Source of the DNA: Octopus sinensis
Taxonomy: Eukaryota
Length of the DNA stretch: 64,000 bases
Reading direction: 5' to 3'
NCBI RefSeq assembly: GCF_006345805.1
Contig: NC_042998.1
Span: 68,014,001 to 68,078,000, forward strand
A program made the translations under genes and the position numbers. Of the stretch, positions 56,043-64,000 are shown one piece after another (the first letter of the stretch is position 1; each line of letters starts with the position of its first letter). The notes beneath the pieces are model-generated. The model saw only the letters and a program-made list of their open reading frames with translations. It had not been told where the DNA came from and searched no databases.

Positions 56043-57005
56043 GGCGCAGGAGTGATTGTGTGGTAAGTAGCTTGGTTACCAACCACATGGTTCCGGGTTC
56101 AGTCGATTTGTTGGACTAAAAGAGGTACTCCGGCATTGCCACAGTCAAATGAGTAAAACAAACAAAAGAATATGTATATATATACACACAAACACACATA
56201 CATACATACATACATACATACATACATACATACATACATACATACATACATACATACATACATACATACATAGGTACATACATATCTCTTTTTACTCTTT
56301 TATTTGTTTCAGTCATTTGACTGGCCATGCTGGAGCAACGCCTTTAGTCGAGCAAATCGACCCCAGAACTTATTCTTTGTAGGCACCTTGGGCAAGTGTC
56401 TTCTATAGCCTCGAGCCGACCAAAGCCTTGTGAGTGGATTTGGTAGACGGAAACTGAAAGAAGCACGTCGTACATATGTATATGTATATATGTGTGTGTT
56501 TGTTTTTGCCCGCCCCTTCCCAGCATCGCTTGACAACCGATGCTGCTGGATTTACGTCCCAGTAAGCTAGCCGTTCGGCAAAAGAGACCGATAGAATAAG
56601 TACTAGGCCTACAAAGAACAAGTTCTGGGGTCGATTTGCTCGACTAAAGGCGGTGCTCCAGCATTGCCACAGTCCAATGACTGAAACAAATATAGGATTT
56701 AAAAAGAGATATGTATGTATGTACCTATGTATGTATGTATGTATGTATGTATGTATGTATGTATGTATGTATGTATGTATGTATGTGTATTTGTGTGTAT
56801 ATATATACATATTCTTTTGTTTGTTTTACTCATTTGACTGTGGCAATGCTGGAGTACCTCTTTTAGTCCAACAAATCGACTCCAGGACATATTCTTAGCA
56901 AATCTAGTACTTATTCTTATTCTATTGGTATCTTTTGCTGAACCGCTAGGTTACAGCGACGTAAACACACCAGCATCGGTTGTCAAGCGATAGTGGGGGA
57001 CAAAC
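56043..57005. mobile_element. Rearranged cluster of SINE family A copies
   Basis: A + copy interrupted by an inverted duplication, followed by a tail-to-tail minus copy. Confidence 0.75.
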
Positions 57006-57038
57006 ACAGACATACAACTACATATTTGTTTCTTTGTG

Positions 57039-57072
<34 letters not shown>

Positions 57073-57230
57073 TGGTTATGGACAATGTGTCTAGTTTCGG
57101 CATATTTGGCATTAGAATTTTATTTCTTTTGCCCTTGTTTATAAGTTGTTTATACATTTAACCATTAAAGGTATTTTTAATATGCTGGCCATTGATAAAA
57201 TTGTTTTCAAAAAATTTTATCCTATATTAA

Positions 57231-57263
<33 letters not shown>

Positions 57264-57264
<1 letters not shown>

Positions 57265-57417
57265 CGACGAGCTTCTTTCAGTGTCCATCTACTAAATCCA
57301 CTCACAAGGCTTTGGTCGGCCTGAGGCTATAGTAGAAGACACTTGCCCAAGGTACCACGCAGTGGGATTGAACCCGGAACCATTTGATTGGGTAGTAAGC
57401 TTCTTAGCACACAGTCA
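57264..57417 (-). mobile_element. SINE family A 5' half
   Basis: Reverse complement of the head and central domain. Confidence 0.75.
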
Positions 57418-57437
57418 GCGAGAGAGAGAGAGAGAGA

Positions 57438-57477
<40 letters not shown>

Positions 57478-58478
57478 CATATTCACAGAGCCGAATTGTC
57501 AGTCACCTCTTCTGCGAGTCACTATCTGTCAGTCTTCAAACAATGAATTAGTCACCGCTTATTGCTTGATGGTTTGAAAAAGAAACATATCCGAAATAAA
57601 GAGTATGACAGCTGGGTACTCACTCCACCTATGATTCTTTCTACATTCTGATATTTACTCACTTGCCCTCCCTAAATATATACACGCATATATACACAAA
57701 TATGCATGTCATAAGGTAAGCATTATGATATATGTAGTAGTAAATGTGATCCAAACATCTTGCTTAGAACTACGTCTATATATATATATATATATGTGTG
57801 TGTGTGCCTGTCTGTGTGTTTGTGCGTTTTTGTACCTGTGTATGTCCCTCACCACTGCTTTACATCTGGTGTGGTACGTCCCCGTAACTTAACAGTTCGG
57901 CAAAAGACAGTGATAGAATAAGAACCAGGCTTAACAAAAAATTGTGTACTGGGGTCATTGCATTCGACTAAAATTCTTCAAGCCAGTGCCCCAGCATGGT
58001 CGCCGTCTAATGACTGAAACAAGTAAAATAAAAAAAGTATAAACACACACACACATTAAAGATACAATCTGGAAGTAAGAAACGATGTAAAAGTCTTCTA
58101 AAAGCTTGCAAGACGCTTCTAAAGTTCAATAATGGCTGTTGTTATCCAAATTCTAGTTCTGCTCATGGAATACTTTTTATTTGTTTGTTAGAAACTAGCA
58201 CCTTGCTTCTTTGGAATAATACCAATCAAAAAACAAATAATGAAGGTATAAATACAACCATTCATACATACAACCATACATACACACAACCATACATACA
58301 AACAACCATACATACACACATGCGAACGCACTCCGCACACATTCACGCACAATGCTAAAGGAATGCCGGCAACATATTACATCACTTCTAGGTTATCTCT
58401 GAAAAAATCATTAGCCACAGGCCATTTCCCAAAGTTCTTCCTATATCAATGTGTCATCATAGTCTTCAAAGCTATATA

Positions 58479-58984
58479 CGAGGGTGAGTCAAAAAGTAAC
58501 GCCATTTTGTTTAGGACAGATATAATTACCCCATCCCTACTTCTCAACATAGTCACCGTTTCTCTCAATAGCGATGTTCCACCTTGGAATGAGAGAGTGT
58601 ATCCCTGCCCCGTAAAATTCTGTTGACTGTTCTTTGAGCCGTTTCTTCACTACCTCCACACTCACCAGATTTAGCGCCTTCAGACTATCATCGTTTCGGA
58701 GCCACGAATGAGGGTTTGAGAGGCAAACATTATTCCATTGACGAGGAAGTGAAAACTGTATTGAGGAAGTGGCTCAAAGAACAGTCAACAGAATTTTACG
58801 GGGCAGGGATACATGCTCTCATTCGAAGGTGGAACACTGCTATTGAGAGAAATGGTGACTATGTTGAGAAGTAGGGATGTGATCCACAGAGGTCCAGCGT
58901 CATTTTGATATATGATACATGTTCCTGTGATGGTAATTATACCTGTCCTAAACGAAATGGCATTACATTTTTTACTCACCCTCG
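58479..58984 (+). mobile_element. Mariner transposon, internally deleted
   Basis: TA|CGAGGGTGAGTCAAAAAG left TIR and TTTTACTCACCCTCG|TA right TIR. C-terminal remnant HSPDLAPSDYH...WLKEQSTEFY...RWNTAIERNGDYVEK*. Confidence 0.9.
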
Positions 58985-59951
58985 TATATATAAGGTAACC
59001 TAACTCCAAACTTTTTCCGAAGCCAACATATATTAATTTGAAATAGAGCAGCACCCATTATTCTGTCTATTCTGGCATTCACTGAGCATAACGAGCACTA
59101 TGCTCTTTCACGTCTGAATAATAACAACAACAACAACAGTAACAATAACAAAACAAGACTACGTTTCTTCAGAATTTAACTATACATATCTGTCTTGCTT
59201 TGATAAGTTCTCATTTTAAAGTGTAATGAGGTCAAAAATAGCTCTAACTTGCAGGTGAACACCAATCTCTCAGATCCCAACAAACATGGATTTCGTTGTG
59301 GTAGAAATTGCTTAACACTAGTTTAGAATTACGTCGACGGTATTCGGGGTGTGTCGGGAGATGTTTCAAGCATTGATCCTGTATATCGACTACAAGTACG
59401 TTGACAGGGTCGGCCACAGCATTCTACCGTTAGATCTCTCCAACACTGGAGTATGCAGAAAGTTGTTTCACTGGATTATTTCCTAGTAAATAGAACCTTG
59501 AATGCAGAGACCTATTTAATATTATCTGGAAACAATTTGCCGACGAAAATAATCCCATAAACGTGAAGAAATTCGTCCAAAGAATACGAGAAAACCTATC
59601 GCCGGATACATTACAGATAATATTAAATCCATTCTTGAGAGATATGTAATGACACAAAGCAAGAGTTTATGAAATTTAGCAGATAGAGTCAATACTATGT
59701 AACAGCAATGGTTGACTTTAATAAATAATCTTTGATCTGGCAGAGGAAGGGCAATGCTGGATGGACTGACTAAGAGGAAGAAAATCGTTATTAAGGCATG
59801 TGGGGGAGTGGTCTGTTGAAATTTCATTCCCTGGTACTGACTGCTTCATTCCACATGTGCCGCAGAGGACGGTCACTTGTTTGCGGGTCACAGTCTGATA
59901 AGTTGAGATCCATTATAAACAAATTCACACCAGCAGCATTTATTCCTTCTA

Positions 59952-60001
<50 letters not shown>

Positions 60002-60005
60002 TGTG

Positions 60006-60037
<32 letters not shown>

Positions 60038-60088
60038 CGCATACTTATACTTATATACATGCATATATGTAACTGTATGCATGTATAT

Positions 60089-60137
<49 letters not shown>

Positions 60138-60260
60138 AGGTAACCTTACTCCAAACTTTTTCCAAAACCAACATATTAATTTGAAATAGAGCAACACCCA
60201 TCACATTGTCTATTCTGGCAGGGTATTCAATGAGCATAATGACACTAACCTCTTTCACGT

Positions 60261-60264
<4 letters not shown>

Positions 60265-60348
<84 letters not shown>
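60265..60348. repeat. (AAT)n microsatellite
   Basis: Directly visible. Confidence 0.95.
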
Positions 60349-60351
<3 letters not shown>

Positions 60352-60814
60352 GAAGAAGAGCAACAGCAACAATAACAAAACATGACTTCGTTTCTTCAGA
60401 ATTGAACTATACATGTTATCTGTCTAGCTTTTTGAAATTAGGTGCTGGTTGTTGCAATGGAGAACTTTAGAATTTCCATAATGAGGTCAGAAGCTTGGAG
60501 CTAGAAGTCGTGCCTTTTGGACTTATCATGTCTTATGTAAAACTGCATAAAACTAAACTTAATTCAATACCGGCAGTACATCAAAACTAACTTTTGAAGA
60601 GTTAGTATATTCGCACATTAATTTTAAGAGTTTTATTTTTTTTCATTTTCTCTTTTATAGTTTCTCTATACGATGTTATGTTAGCAATCATGTTAGCAAA
60701 CGCGTTAGCAACTTTATTATGTAGGAATCATCATCGAATAGTTGGAAAGATACCAGTAAATATATAAACGTGTGTGTATATCTATCAAGGCATAAATATA
60801 TCTATGTACATGTA

Positions 60815-60888
<74 letters not shown>

Positions 60889-60900
60889 GTAGTATGTATG

Positions 60901-60955
<55 letters not shown>

Positions 60956-61038
60956 GTATGTATGCGTATAAATATATATATATACATGAATATATATCTA
61001 CTTATATATATATATATATACATGAATATATATCTACT

Positions 61039-61094
<56 letters not shown>

Positions 61095-62289
61095 TATATA
61101 TATTATATATATATATATATATATACATATATATATGTATACGTGTGTGTGCGCGCGGGAATATGTTTGGTTCTGTGTGTGTGTGTGTGTGTGTGTTTGT
61201 GTGTGCATGTATGTGTGCGGGAGTATGTTTGGTTTTGTGTGTGCGCGTGTATGTTAAGCTAATGCATTTACAAGAGAAAGCTATATTGCCTAACCCCTTT
61301 ACACTTTAGATGTATCCACAATTTCTCTAAACTTTATTGCCACAATATAATTATAAGAACGTTTTGTGAGTATTTGTAAGAATTTAAATAGATTATAAAA
61401 TCACCAGCTATATTATTGATAATGCAGCATCAATATCCCGGATTATGGTGGAGAAGATACACATTGAAACTCAAATATATTTTAGATATTCGCGTAAATA
61501 TTCTCTCGTTGACTGTTTAGTAAACCTAAACTCCCAACGATCGACGTAGCTATCACTCCTGGTTAAGATAGTTTACTTCTGTTACGATTATTGACGTTAT
61601 CGTAGAGGAATGATTATATAAATGGCGATCTAAAGAAGGAGCTTCCAACAATTCCATCGACTTTCAAAAAATAGCAGCTAAATCTCCTTACATCAGTCTG
61701 TTGTTATCGTATATCTGAATTATTTAGTCTGGAAGAAGTTGTGTCCATGACTTTGAGAGATTGGAATTATAAGATAATTCAGTCCTAAATACAATATGCT
61801 TGGCTAAAAATTGGGAAGGTCATGGATAGAACTCTTTTGATAATGAGGCTTTAATTTCACTCGCCTACCCTTCTTTCTAGTTGTGTTGTTTATTTTAAAT
61901 AACAAATCTCTCATTGACTCATACGTCTATTTTAAGTATATTATCAACGAAAGCACGACAAAAGCCTCTACGCCATAACTCATCCTGTTAGAAGCGGATG
62001 TGAAACCTCCCCCAAATGAGGCCTTATTCTTTCAATAATAAATCGCATTTTGGATAATATATTCCAGCTTATACTATATCTGAAACGAAACAAGGGATTC
62101 TCACATATGGAATGCCTTTCAACGAAGTTCCGCTCGATATGGGCGGTCACAGGAGTATACAGGAAACCTTCCATTAAAACTGATTTCTGCAAGATAACGT
62201 GTTAGTGGATCGACAGTTTCTCAGCATTCCTGATTCGTATTTTCCATTTCTGTGTGTCATCGATGACGTTTTAAGCTCTTCGATAATGA

Positions 62290-62640
62290 ATTCGAGTGTC
62301 TTCTAGCAACTGATTGATGTTTTTTGCTGTTCTACTCTTCCCCGTTTATCATGAAAAGAATGCCAGAGATCTCCAGTTTCTATCTCCTTGTTACGTCAGC
62401 AGTGACCAATAAATCTCAGCCTGTACTTTCGTATTGTCTCTGTGATATATGGAATGACTTGCTATAACTTTATTATTCAAGTGGTGATGCAACGAGATAT
62501 TTAGAACAGCTCGATGCATTCTCGCGTACGTGTCATTTAGAGTTTTGTTCATGGGAACTGCATGTGTCCATGTTATTGAACCATAAAATAAAACTGTTCT
62601 AACTGCAGCTCTGAACAAGTCTATTTTAGTTTTGCGCGAA
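62290..62640 (-). mobile_element. RTE-clade LINE 3' ORF fragment
   Basis: FRAAVRTVLFYGSITWT...TYARMHRAVLNIS matches the RTE 'VLLYGSETWT...RMLRAVLNISW' pattern. Confidence 0.75.
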
Positions 62641-62883
62641 AGATTAGATTTTCATATCATATACAAGCAAACAAAATACAAGAATTATAATCATTACACT
62701 TCCTCTCCAATAATATTGGACATTGGATCTTGTCCTGCAAACGTAACGTATTTCAGGATGCTCTGCTATACTCCCAATGTTTAATATAATATTAACGGCT
62801 TTTACTCTCCATATAGCGTTGATTATTTTTAGGGCAGTATTGATATTATTCGTATAATAAATGATTTTTATTTATATCTGTAG

Positions 62884-63073
62884 CAAACTAACGGAGAATG
62901 GAACGGTTTGGTGCGATCCATACTGGACGATAAAGCAGATTTTATCATGACTTCAATGAAAATTACTCCAGAACGTAGTAAAGCCGTCGACTTCACCGTA
63001 CCATTTTTGGAAACAGGCATCACCATTATTGTGGCCATTCGAGAAGGAGCTGTCTCACCAACTGCCTTTCTAG
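62884..63073 (+). CDS. Nmdar2: NMDA receptor GluN2-like subunit, exon D (S1 to pre-M1)
   Basis: ctgtag acceptor and gtaaat donor at 63074. Encodes QTNGEWNGLVRSILDDKADFIMTSMKITPERSKAVDFTVPFLETGITIIVAIREGAVSPTAFL plus G. Conserved ligand Arg in ERS; SPTAFL(EP) motif. Confidence 0.95.
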
Positions 63074-63275
63074 GTAAATCAAACTTATGTCTCTTTTGCT
63101 TATAATAACACTTGTTTGCATTATTTTTCTATTAAACTTACAATTACTATCTGTACACACGTTTTATAATTCAGTTGTGTCTATATATTTGATACTTCGA
63201 ACAAGTGGGTCTTCAACTTTTACTAACTCAATAACCCTCTTTTAAATATTTATATATATATTTTTTTTTGTAAAA

Positions 63276-63580
63276 GGCGCGTGGCTTAGTGGTTAGGGCG
63301 GTCGGCTCACAATCGTACGGTCATGAGTTCATTGTGTCCTTCAGCTAGACACTTTATTTCTCGTTGTTACAGTCCACCAGGCTAACAAAAATAAATAGCA
63401 TCTATTTTCGAAAGGTCGACCTTGTTACATTCTGTGTCACACTGAACCTCTGCGAGAACTACCTTAATTTTACGCGTGTTTGTGCAGAGCTTAACCACTT
63501 GCACGTGACTTTCAGAAGCAGGCTGTTTCATTGATCGGGTCAACTGGATCCCTTGTTGTCGTAACCGACGGAGAGCCAGT
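63276..63580 (+). mobile_element. tRNA-derived SINE, further family
   Basis: Head GGCGCGTGGCTTAGTGGTTAGG. Body homologous to 10465-10615 on the minus strand. Confidence 0.65.
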
Positions 63581-63953
63581 GTGATCGTTTTATTCTAATA
63601 CTGAGATCCACTTAACAATTAATTCTTTCCTCTGAGAAATACTTCTCAGATTTTGTTTACAGTAAATGTTGTCTTGTGACACATGCCTTGTAAGCGTTTC
63701 CTATGACAGTCTTTTTTCTTTTATTCGTTTCAGTCATTTGACTGCGGCCATGCTAGAGCACCGGCTTTAGTCGAACAAATCGATCCCAGGACTTATTTTT
63801 TGTACGCCTAGTACTTATTCTATCGGTCTCTTTTGCCGAACCGCTAAGTTATGGGGACAAACACAGACAAGAAACATATACATATATATGCTTTTCAAAA
63901 TTTGACCTCGTGTGTACCGTTGGCGATTTTTTTCCTCTGTCTTGCTATCCTAT

Positions 63954-63988
63954 GTTTCCGACGAAGAGCTCCGCTCGAAACATTAAAC
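63954..63988 (+). ncRNA. Hammerhead motif, same family as 5964
   Basis: GUUU CCGACGA A GAGC UCC GCUC GAA ACAU U AAAC. Confidence 0.55.
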
Positions 63989-64000
63989 CCTCCTTCTTTC

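Overview
AT-rich, microsatellite-dense animal genomic DNA. The repeat content suggests an octopus/coleoid cephalopod, which is an inference. The window lies inside one large + strand gene encoding an NMDA-type glutamate receptor subunit (GluN2/Nmdar2-like). Four coding exons (9389-9512, 30031-30242, 50531-50669, 62884-63073) splice in frame across GT-AG introns of 20.5, 20.3 and 12.2 kb. They encode the end of the ATD and the S1 half of the ligand-binding domain. The introns hold several tRNA-derived SINE families, Penelope-like element (PLE) fragments, L1/Tx1, R4, RTE and CR1-like LINE fragments, and two Tc1/mariner relics. The most notable observations are: (i) a tRNA-headed SINE whose tail carries a complete minimal hammerhead ribozyme; (ii) five further PLE-type hammerhead motifs, with all sense-strand copies carrying lesions; (iii) a SINE 3' tail shared with a Tx1-type LINE; (iv) many fold-back structures, including a near-perfect 285-bp palindrome; (v) a duplicated 5' splice site that would introduce a stop codon. 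Nearly all ORFs in the supplied track are microsatellite or SINE artefacts. TE boundaries are approximate and were read by eye.
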